A stretch of DNA of 64,000 bases from Candidatus Kapaibacterium sp. (lineage in GTDB: Bacteria; Bacteroidota; Ignavibacteria; Kapaibacteriales; UBA2268). This document shows, one piece after another, positions 53,301 through 59,811 of this stretch. Positions within the stretch are counted from its first letter, which is position 1, and each line of letters begins with the position of its first letter. The translations under genes were made by a program, and so were the position numbers. The notes under the pieces were generated by a model, which was not told where the DNA came from, searched no databases, and worked only from the letters and a program-made list of their open reading frames with translations. The stretch covers positions 3,200,001 to 3,264,000 of the forward strand of contig OY761611.1 in NCBI GenBank assembly GCA_963664875.1, read 5' to 3'.

Positions 53301-56300
53301 GCCCTGCTCCGGTTAATTATGTGCAGTTAGATAATGTAGTCAGAACAGACACAACTACAAAATCGCTTGCTAATACCATATTTGGCAACTATATGATTGC
53401 CGAGCTTACAGGTACAAGATTTTATTCCATAGCTAATGGTGCGTGGGATGATCCTGCAACTTGGTCTAAAGCAGGCTATGGAGGTGTTCAGGAAACAATT
53501 GACTATCCGAATGATACAGGCGATGAAGCTTATATCGGAGATGGATTTACAGTTACTTTATCTAATCTTGTTCCTAATATCAAATCGACTGTTGTCGAAA
53601 CTCATAACGGTAAGCCGGGCTATCTTCAGATTGCTGACGATGCATGGGTAACAGGTCAATCTTTTGTCTTGAAAGACAGTTGCTATCTTGCGACTCAGCA
53701 TAATACAGGTTTGCAACCTGTAGGGATAAATGATGGATCAGTCAGAACTGTAGAAAGGATATTCGGAGTAGGGCACTATATCTTTAATTCCGATGTTGAC
53801 TTCCAGGTGACCGGTAACGCTCTACCTGACTTTATGCTTTCGTTTACAGTCAATAACACTGCTCCTTCAATTGGATTTAGAGTAGTTACAAATAATAACT
53901 CCAACGAGATTACCATATTTGATAGTTTAAATGTTGTTTCCGGTATGTTAGATGCCGGCAGCGGAATCGAAGCATTTAGTATCCGCGGAGGTATGTATTT
54001 TGGTGCTATGTCTGATTTGAGGACAAATACCAGAGTGTTTGATATCGAGGGCAACAGAACTCAATATATTACTTTAGATAAAGACGATAGCATCAGATTC
54101 AGACAGTTGAATATATATAAAACTTCTGCCCCTGATTCTGTTATCGTTTCTGCACTTGGCGATGACTCACACATCAGAGTTACAAACCGTCTTCGATTTG
54201 GTGGTGGCAACCGTGCTTTTATCAAAGTTCTTAATGATTCGCGTATCGTGATAAACGAAGGTGCATCTTTAGAACGTTTAGGAGCTACTCCATTTGGACA
54301 TATTGATGGCTATTTATCTAAGCCTATCGCTGCTGCTGCAGTTAATCAACAATTTGAAATCGGTTATGGTCTATCCTATGCTCCTGCTACTATACTATTA
54401 GATGCAGGCACTACCGGAGGCACTTACGGATTCCTAAATGCAAGAAATATTATGCCTGTACCTGATGAACCTTTCTATGGTAATAGAATGGATCCTAATG
54501 TCAGAGTACCAAGGTATTGGAATATTATAGCAGATCCTGATAACGGAATGCTGATGGGAGACAGAGAGCTCAATATTAGATTTGAAATGCCTTTGGCTGA
54601 AGCTGCTCTAATCAATCAGAATAACGGCGTTATCAGAAGAAGATCTATACCTACAGAAGTACCGGAATGGCAAGACAGAAGAGAAATTGACCTTGTATGG
54701 AGTCTTACAACTGTCGGTACAGTAGAATTGAAATCTAATCCGACTCAAAGCTGGCCGGGATTTGGTGACTTTTTCATTGGTGAAAAAGCCGCAAGGATAT
54801 TTTACAGCCAAGGCACTGGCGTTTGGAACGACCATAATTCTTGGGCTTTTGATGCTGCGGGTACTATTCCTGTTCCTGCCGGTGAATTCCCTAATCCTGA
54901 TTGGGATAGCCCTGAACTCTTTGAATTTGAATATAGAGATTCTGTAGTTATTCAAAATACTGATGTTATTACTCTAAATACTCAACCTCAGCTTGCTTAT
55001 GTTGACTTTAAAGATGACGGCAAGCTCGTAATAAGCCCGAACACATTTTTATCTCAAAGTGTTAGAGGCGAAAGTACTTTCAATATGGGTGATAATTTTA
55101 CTCTCGAGCTCAGAACTCCTGATGGAATAGAACCTTACACAGACGGAGGTGCCGGAGATGGTGTAGTCAGATTTGAAAACAGAACTTTCGAGCCGACTGT
55201 GAACTTTGGTTTTGCAGGTAATGGCAGTCACTACTTTGGTAGTGCATTCCCTGATGTGGTTAATAACATTTATGTAGATTCGGAAGGCGATGCTACATCT
55301 ATAACTGCCATAGCTCCTAAAGATGTTTCGATAAACGGCTCTCTTGACTTAATTTCAGGTAATCTCAGACCAAGGGATGCTTCAAGTGCTTTGCATTTTG
55401 CAGGAGATATTACTCTTGCTGCCGGGACAAGCTTTGATGCGACTCTTGACTATCTAAATAATCCGGTAACTACCACAAATTATATAGAAGGTAGTGGTGC
55501 AACTAATCAGACTATTTCAGGTGACGGATTTCTTGTGTTTAGTAATCTTGAGATGAATAGAGGAGCAGGCACAGGACTGCTTTATGCTGATAAAAGTCTC
55601 GAAATTGCAGGCGTTTTAGATATGCGTTCCGGAACAAATGCTAACCCGCAAATATTTGAAATAGGGAACAATGGAAATGTAAGCGTCAGCTCTGCAAATC
55701 CAAATGCGATAGTAGATTTTGGTGCAAATAATTATATACGAACTTCTGAAACTTCCGGTTCGCTCTGTAGAGAGATCACTACCGGAGAGACTTATGTATT
55801 TCCGCTTGGCTCATTAGATGCAGGTAGCAGCAACTATACGCCTGCTAACTTGATTTCCGGTGTGTCCGGCAATAACGGACAGGTATGTGTTCGCACATCA
55901 AGAGGCGCTCATGCCACTCTTGCAGGAGGGCATTCTGAATTGCCTGTAGAAAGGACGGAAGACTACCTTGCTCGCTACTGGGCAGTAACGGGAGTTACTA
56001 CTGATATTAGCGGAAGGTGGAATTTCAACTATGACAATAGTGACATTAGGACAGACGAAGCCAATATTGTCAGCATCGGCAGATGGAGCAATCCTTTTGA
56101 GACTACTCCGGGATCATGGCTTGCTGTGAGCGGCACTGTTAGCTTTGCTTCTAATATCTTTGATACTGATATAGAAATACCAAGTACTGATTTTGCAGGC
56201 GACTGGACAGCTGCAAATGAAGGTGCTTTCCGTTCAATTTTCTACAGCAGACAGTCCGGACTCTGGTCAAATGAGAACAGTTGGACTTATGCTAAAGATC

Positions 56301-57187
56301 ACATAGGACCAATTGCCGGAGTTGGATTATTCCCTGCTGCTGCAAAAGATTCAGTAGTCATAGGTGGAGGCAACAACGGCGTAGGCAATCATGTTATCAG
56401 ACTGGATGCAAATTACGAACTTGGTGGTGTACTTGTAGGTACAGGTACTTCTAACACAGGTACTCTTGATATGAGTGAATTTGTCATTACAGGTACTACT
56501 TTTAATGTTAGTCCTAATTCGACTATTAACATCGGTTCGCCTGCGGGTATCAATGCAATAGGTACCGATATTGGTAATGTGCAGACTACTGATACAAGAT
56601 ATTTTGGCGGTCTCGGCAGTGAAATCAATATAGTTATGAATGCAACGCAAGATCAGGCTCTGGGTAATGCTTTCCCTGTAGAAGTTAGGGATTTGACTAT
56701 TGCAAATACCGGTGCTGATGGCAATAATACTGTGCTTTTTGACAAAAATATCAGAATAAATAATGATTTGAACCTAAACAGCGGCACTGCAGATTTGCAA
56801 AACTTTTCGCTAAACACTGCAAACACAGGCACTGTCAATATGCTAAACGGTTCATGGCTAAGACTTAATAGTACAAACGATTTGTCCGGCGTAATCAATG
56901 GATATGCTGCTTATAACTTAGAGCTTGGTTCTGTGGTAGAATTTTACGGAGACAATCAGGTTATATCCAATCTACCTGCTAATCTTACTAATGGTTTAGC
57001 AACTGTTTGGGTAAATTTAAGCGGCACGAAATTTGTTACTTCCTCATTGCTTATTAGGGGCGATTTGTATATTCAGAATAGTGCGACTTTGCAAAATGAC
57101 CCAACAGTAGATGCACTGCAGATAAACGGAGATGTTTACAATGCAGCGCTGATAAATAACGACGGTGTGATTCAAATTTGCAATTAA
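44399..57187 (+). CDS. Giant (4262 aa) secreted modular beta-helix/Ig-like repeat protein
   Basis: Signal ..LQG|Q; seven FYS.xxGxW..xxxW caps (46646, 48701, 49985, 51260, 53420, 54800, 56240), each preceded by a (F/Y)xxG..YTP..(K/R)YW domain; ends NDGVIQICN; no T9SS CTD. Confidence 0.9.
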   Translation: MLKNKIIYIIIILLMPLGFLQGQSNLINLGNNAVVSVRDNALIKVNGNIVVSTGAALTETGDSRINVTGDLENNGTIDSDAGEISFVGAGDSEIKGSVSPNLNDVTLNKDNSTDNLFLDNNANLTGDLSVNSGIFQFVNTQARALDVDGSLSIAAAGQINVQSSFRTHNFNLAGNLTNNGILDFHVLNGNVTLTFDGSGNSIISGTGATTDFASIIVNKANPTDEVQVSPAGQNLTNFNAIDGFLTLTQGIFHFLGQGVLSFTNSFFTPSANLYYVPSGSGLWIENTGVTVSAQDASLVLGGLLRMNGGNFNVGAGSSERSIFYTDGSELHLEAGNIYISNALCRDLLQDNSAITFTMSGGDLSLGYNRAVVNTRAIFDIGYSNSTFNWSGGDITLPLNSGIFANGDFYVKTVNGTVTGGRLVIESATANDLLQQFSINSDMPIGELLMTTDNNPRVDLLDDLVVLGNVTLTNRAIRASSYSLTVGGQWINNSATPASFDYGSGNVIFNGSTDQTIGGSQSTDFNQLSANKTGGNLILNHDVNIASALRLVSNTILDMQSNDITIAQGADIFSDFSTNQDFSDTKYIMNSGGATGGRLIRNLQNNPTLPMSEFIIFPVGTPGAYTFAWVRLLSGTYNSNPGIIVRPIAQEHPQVKKNNVSLTKYWEISTFGNFSPGVEGTTLRFLYDQAEVQGSEGNYHIIKYLGGGWDFDPALSNNIDFGNNFIKPERFSNDISGDWTAGEEDAVAAKYYSIADGNFSDPNTWSRTSYGDLTPATTAPNSNTDLVFIGDGKTVTLTANTSAARRIQIDSTGTLMCNDYLVSSTVDTLLLKAGGGIGIGHSGSIALSANDGNVRAGYRFYSDDAMYIFTGNNNQSVRDIPARVSALVLNKTQNSNIVTLNKSIVIGDSLIINEGTLDQVNDSYFIDGEAPGKFFTMRGGTLILKDEFPTNYLPATMEGGTLDFFGISGINVPSNTSSPAVLRYNNLTFRGNRGYNKITFSPSGQINIAGNLSITGATFSNFPETWIATNGSTIAFIGDGNQNIPRLSGLNNQWGRLNYYNLVIGGTGVKTINDNIDYVVTNNLTINSATLRMANGGNELEVYGNWLNTGGGFDYGSNQTVIFKTISGDENTIAPNNVPFYRVEIDGAGTARFIDEMTVENEIQINSGATFAGGNAATLHVLGLWDNNGNQFSPGNSTVSFDGNAAQIIDIANSTEEKFYNLTINSGNNVGAFTNGTPTANRLWVENNLHLERGYLYLPNSDDYIRVDGNATRNATNNSSAFVHGNYRQYIERDAATYFIPVGYEAGTDAFTGIELEMTGTGGTEGYLNIYTDNVAANSPRFNEIDRKWEITIPTGSTFDLGVRNYDVIFNFHPNDAVGFNTAVFETRRRTDGINWIAPNTGVRTATSTESLNNNTLAAIGGVTEFIVGESSYSIFYSVNNGNWSNPATWSTVGWGGAPEAVVTPLSTDSIRIADGYTVTLDVNFTIDIDKAVVVETAGLTNTPGKLELGTNQINGTGAFVVKSGGILGIGDANGVTAASASGNIRTSIRDYNYNNANKSYFVYNGNVAQVTGDGIPDVVGGLVANSSVGVTLSKAVAVADSFLIQSNYLDASASNYKLTIGANWINQGTFVPRAGTVEFNGSVGKEITNTNIETFYNLIINKASGNVTITDNSVTVTNNLTFTKGNLDARTYSQFVTIDNGATVNRTSGHVDGELRKYLATGDLPVATYEVGFGTDYTPVVIDVNGTGGTAGFAGVISNDGDHPQFLTAALNPSKNVQRYWSVNTYGFDLGAGRTYDITLNYLYPDDIRGGADPNLFEVRRYNLGWNIPTTGIRTNSSTQGTGITDFGIDFMVGEPGGSGRVFYSIASGAWNTVGNWSEIGYGGVASANFPDLNTDIVFIGDNKYIDLDASRQLTALTVENGGKINFSTNVITGTQFTLKKDGIIEVASASGITNATAAGNVQTSIRNYNHSNHNSARIIYSGNAATTGDGIPTALADVIFNTSGTILLEKDITVSDSVLISSGTLSANNFDITLSGNFVNNSGFVPTASSLMFEGGNTQYLTGSSASDLNILELNKSAGNLNLGNDITIASNINFTSNTKIILNQNDITIAPNALILGTSLGSNQMIVADGTLTSGRIIKLFADGIAATRNIDIPLGIGNAYYGVEIDLVADFSSAQMDIRVINGKHPNRRAGYENVLNKYWTINTSGISNIQEVAGTNYKFNYLPSDVNGTAALYGAARYTGFGWDIDLGATSSATPSPIDIKQYQTLNGEWTAGYPNSFRSGQIYYSIGTGDWDNNLVWSNVSHSGDASRFYPGRLENDTVYIASNDLIYYNVSSSTIGILSIGDGSQGRLDFNDSQDQSLRIKEDFIVGTSGQMEQYSSGNRRDTIYIEGNITNNSTTLVNFDHGGSDYTILKIVGTGNTIVSGTGNWNFYDVYLNKTGGLADTLINQSSGFTNQLDSDIDNGRFFYLQSGVFRHDINLSLRLDDNNITNDQNTWPDPDPLDFRMGDNAGIDVKQGTIRIWDDLHAGTNNSFLIDGGSLLVGNGNNENFVYGLNNKFEIRSGTFTVPACFTPIVDPTTYEPQGTLDMIIAGGTITVMDIYSNQTRNIYGFGLLQSSSLTWTGGTLIYSNPTNGGFDYVVKTGTWSVTGGTLQFGEPGNWLGAGQRHSWGSVTPVYNLVINECRQSSTGNYSSCILVENDNNVLNDVIIESNGVLDLDGNNLFVQGNFINNGRFTTDGREWNSGGTKTVTLNGTGDQIFQNANNYVNAQSSSSMNNEPFYNLVIDKPSGNVILGDYANSYLNIRNTLIFAENNTAVIEARTNSHYVAMTPRSSSGDLEEVTRLGLGHVDGTLIRNFYNGSVDYRYFYVGAGDDYTPAEVEFNGSFTSGPIDVTAFGTDPAGLPDNDEDIDLTRNIQRYWSVEDNGSFNLGSADFDLTLHFINPTDFRNSSNWTLYKHFRFPLPPGPAPVNYVQLDNVVRTDTTTKSLANTIFGNYMIAELTGTRFYSIANGAWDDPATWSKAGYGGVQETIDYPNDTGDEAYIGDGFTVTLSNLVPNIKSTVVETHNGKPGYLQIADDAWVTGQSFVLKDSCYLATQHNTGLQPVGINDGSVRTVERIFGVGHYIFNSDVDFQVTGNALPDFMLSFTVNNTAPSIGFRVVTNNNSNEITIFDSLNVVSGMLDAGSGIEAFSIRGGMYFGAMSDLRTNTRVFDIEGNRTQYITLDKDDSIRFRQLNIYKTSAPDSVIVSALGDDSHIRVTNRLRFGGGNRAFIKVLNDSRIVINEGASLERLGATPFGHIDGYLSKPIAAAAVNQQFEIGYGLSYAPATILLDAGTTGGTYGFLNARNIMPVPDEPFYGNRMDPNVRVPRYWNIIADPDNGMLMGDRELNIRFEMPLAEAALINQNNGVIRRRSIPTEVPEWQDRREIDLVWSLTTVGTVELKSNPTQSWPGFGDFFIGEKAARIFYSQGTGVWNDHNSWAFDAAGTIPVPAGEFPNPDWDSPELFEFEYRDSVVIQNTDVITLNTQPQLAYVDFKDDGKLVISPNTFLSQSVRGESTFNMGDNFTLELRTPDGIEPYTDGGAGDGVVRFENRTFEPTVNFGFAGNGSHYFGSAFPDVVNNIYVDSEGDATSITAIAPKDVSINGSLDLISGNLRPRDASSALHFAGDITLAAGTSFDATLDYLNNPVTTTNYIEGSGATNQTISGDGFLVFSNLEMNRGAGTGLLYADKSLEIAGVLDMRSGTNANPQIFEIGNNGNVSVSSANPNAIVDFGANNYIRTSETSGSLCREITTGETYVFPLGSLDAGSSNYTPANLISGVSGNNGQVCVRTSRGAHATLAGGHSELPVERTEDYLARYWAVTGVTTDISGRWNFNYDNSDIRTDEANIVSIGRWSNPFETTPGSWLAVSGTVSFASNIFDTDIEIPSTDFAGDWTAANEGAFRSIFYSRQSGLWSNENSWTYAKDHIGPIAGVGLFPAAAKDSVVIGGGNNGVGNHVIRLDANYELGGVLVGTGTSNTGTLDMSEFVITGTTFNVSPNSTINIGSPAGINAIGTDIGNVQTTDTRYFGGLGSEINIVMNATQDQALGNAFPVEVRDLTIANTGADGNNTVLFDKNIRINNDLNLNSGTADLQNFSLNTANTGTVNMLNGSWLRLNSTNDLSGVINGYAAYNLELGSVVEFYGDNQVISNLPANLTNGLATVWVNLSGTKFVTSSLLIRGDLYIQNSATLQNDPTVDALQINGDVYNAALINNDGVIQICN

Positions 57188-57310
57188 ATAGTATAACAAT
57201 GACTAAGATATGATTTAAAGATATTAAGATATACAATAAACTAACAATACGTACTTTTGACAAGAGTCTGTATTATTACTGTAAGTATTTGAAATCAAAA
57301 GGATTAGAAA

Positions 57311-57326
57311 TAAGTAGAACTACTGA
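57311..57326. promoter_or_regulatory. Second operator candidate TAAGTAGaacTACTGA
   Basis: Matches TA-GTAG---TAC--A of 42699-42714; lies in the 233-bp gap upstream of the 762-aa gene. Confidence 0.4.
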
Positions 57327-57420
57327 ATTTTAAATAGAAAACTATCGTTACATTGTATTACGTATAAAAACCGAAGTTGACTAATTTTACGTATATATTC
57401 AATAAATAGGGAGATATCCT

Positions 57421-59709
57421 ATGAAATTTTTTACAAAAAACTGGCGAAGGTACAGTGCTATAGCTGCTTTAGCACTTGGTCTTCTCGTAGTTGACGGCCA
57501 GTCTCAGACTTTGAAAAATCAAAGTACTGGTCGTATCGTTAATAATGGTTCAATCAAGTTTACTTGTGAGGCAGGTCAATTCCAAAATGCAGCAGATCCT
57601 ACAGTTGCTACCACTTTGGTAAACAATGGTACAATTGAATTTGAAGAAAATGCATCTGCAACAGGTAAATTACAATTTACAGATTTGACCGGTGCAGCTG
57701 CAGGCAATTCTTTTGGATTGGCACCTACAAGCAGAGTACCCGGTACTGTTATTTTCAATGGTGGTGGTGCTCAGGTAATTCAGTCAGACTTATACTTAAC
57801 CAACTTAGATTTAGGTGGTTCAGGAAATAAGACTTATGATGGCGACATCTATGTTGCAGGAGCTTATACTGTTACTACAGGTACCCCTGTTTACGCCAAT
57901 GCAGGCGGAAGCGGTGGCGGAATGACTTTCTATTATGATGGTGCTACTGATCAGACTATCTATGCAACTGCCGGCGGACACACATACTATAACTTAGGTT
58001 TCTTAGATGCGGGTGTTAAAACTTTAGCCGGTGCTACGCTTGCTACTACAACAAATGACGCAACAATTGGTGGTACTCCTAGTACTCGTGCTTCCGGAAA
58101 TGTTATAATCGATGGTCAGTTAACAGTCAACCATTCTTTACTTCAAGAAGCAGGTGCAGGTAACTTGATTATTGATAATATCACAGATGCAAACACAGGT
58201 ACTGTTCTATTAGCAGGTACTAATGCAGGAACAGGTAACTCACTATTAGAAGCAACTACCAATATCGGAAATGGTGGTGTTTTGAGAACTACAGGTGACG
58301 GTGTTTTGACTGTAGCAACCGGAGCTAATTTGAATGTTAATGCCGGTACATTTAACTTAAATGCAGGTAATGCTGATATTGACGGTACTTTAGCTGCTGC
58401 TGCTACTGCAGGTGTCATTGATGTAGATCAATCAAGAACTTTAACAATATCCGGTACATTTACAAATGCAGGTGATGGCACAAACTTACTGTTTGCTGAT
58501 GAAACAGTAGCAGGTGATGGACTTGCTTCTACAGTAATTTATGATGGCGGTGCGGCTCAAGCTGTTGTTACTACTATCGCATCTAATCCTTATGCTAACT
58601 TGCAGGTAATAAATGCTGGTGCTAAAGTTCCGGGTGGAAATATTTATGTAGCTAACGACTGGACTCTTGGCGATGCTGACTTTGCAATGGGTGCTAACAC
58701 TTTATTTATGACAGATAATGCTGCAACAGCAACATACAATACCGATCACGAGGTTACAGGTCGTATGAATCGTACTATGGGTGTTGGTGGTCCTTTGACA
58801 TTCAACAACTCATCTACAACTGTAGCTGTTACTGCTAATACTGCAAGCTTGACTGACTTGACATTAAATGTTCAACCGGGAGGCTATTCAACAGACGCAA
58901 CTTATTCTGCGCATTATGATGGTACAACTGACGTTGACCGTTTGATTACTTATGATTATTCTCAAACAGCTGCAGACTGGGTAGCTATATTTGAATTTGG
59001 TTACAAGAAAGCTGAAGAACCTGCTTACGCTCCAAATCCAGCTGGTGGTAACTACGACCACACTTCTCTTCGCTTCCGTGAGTTGACAGCTGCTGATGTT
59101 TCTGAAAAAGTTGCAACAGGTTCTGCTACTGGTGACGATTATGCTGCTGCAGTCTTTGCTTCCAGATCATTGCCGGGCATCCAACCGGGTACTGCAACAT
59201 TAGCCCAGATTGATGATCCTGCTCCGTTATTCCTACGTGGCGGTCCAACAACTTTCATCTCTATCACAGATGGTCGTTGGTCTAACCCTAATACTTGGGA
59301 TGAAGGTGCTGAACCTGGACCAGGTGACTTTACAATCATCGCTACAGGTACTCAGGTACACGCAGGTGGTATAGGTTCCGGTGGACGTGACCCTTTTGCA
59401 GGCGATGAAACATACCCTGATGAATTAACAGCTGGCTGTACAGTTCAGACAGGAGCTGCTTTGATCTTTGGTAATAATATCAATCAGAATTTTGCTTTAA
59501 GTACAGGTGCTTCTATGACAATCGAATCAGGTGCAGATGCTGATCCAAATCAGGCAACATTTGCAACATTCTTGTCTTCAACACCTGCATCTTATACTGG
59601 TAGAGGTTTGTTCATCTATGAAGGTACAAACCCAACTGTTTTAAAAACTCCATTATTTGATAACGCCGGTTTATTCTATAACGACGGCGAACTTCAAGTG
59701 TGCGACTAA
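57421..59709 (+). CDS. Single-module paralogue of the giant protein; candidate major filament subunit
   Basis: Signal ..GQS|Q; beta-helix, Ig-like domain, FISITDGRWSNPNTW cap (59254); ends NDGELQVCD; AGGGAG SD; CGT/GGT/ACT/GCT-rich codons. Confidence 0.85.
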   Translation: MKFFTKNWRRYSAIAALALGLLVVDGQSQTLKNQSTGRIVNNGSIKFTCEAGQFQNAADPTVATTLVNNGTIEFEENASATGKLQFTDLTGAAAGNSFGLAPTSRVPGTVIFNGGGAQVIQSDLYLTNLDLGGSGNKTYDGDIYVAGAYTVTTGTPVYANAGGSGGGMTFYYDGATDQTIYATAGGHTYYNLGFLDAGVKTLAGATLATTTNDATIGGTPSTRASGNVIIDGQLTVNHSLLQEAGAGNLIIDNITDANTGTVLLAGTNAGTGNSLLEATTNIGNGGVLRTTGDGVLTVATGANLNVNAGTFNLNAGNADIDGTLAAAATAGVIDVDQSRTLTISGTFTNAGDGTNLLFADETVAGDGLASTVIYDGGAAQAVVTTIASNPYANLQVINAGAKVPGGNIYVANDWTLGDADFAMGANTLFMTDNAATATYNTDHEVTGRMNRTMGVGGPLTFNNSSTTVAVTANTASLTDLTLNVQPGGYSTDATYSAHYDGTTDVDRLITYDYSQTAADWVAIFEFGYKKAEEPAYAPNPAGGNYDHTSLRFRELTAADVSEKVATGSATGDDYAAAVFASRSLPGIQPGTATLAQIDDPAPLFLRGGPTTFISITDGRWSNPNTWDEGAEPGPGDFTIIATGTQVHAGGIGSGGRDPFAGDETYPDELTAGCTVQTGAALIFGNNINQNFALSTGASMTIESGADADPNQATFATFLSSTPASYTGRGLFIYEGTNPTVLKTPLFDNAGLFYNDGELQVCD

Positions 59710-59717
59710 TATATTTT

Positions 59718-59751
59718 ATAAAGAGGCAAGCCTATCGGCTTGTCTCTTTAT
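59718..59751 (+). terminator. Strong hairpin after the 762-aa gene
   Basis: ataaagaggcaagcc-tatc-ggcttgtctctttat. Confidence 0.8.
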
Positions 59752-59811
59752 ATATAATACAAAATATTCATGATTTAAGAACTTTAAAAATATACCAAAA
59801 ATATAGTAAAA

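Noticed and set aside
44399-57187. Autotransporter, CdiA/TpsA, RTX or SprB-type protein
   Set aside because: No C-terminal beta-barrel, TPS domain or TpsB partner, GGxGxD repeats, or type B CTD/PorP partner is visible.
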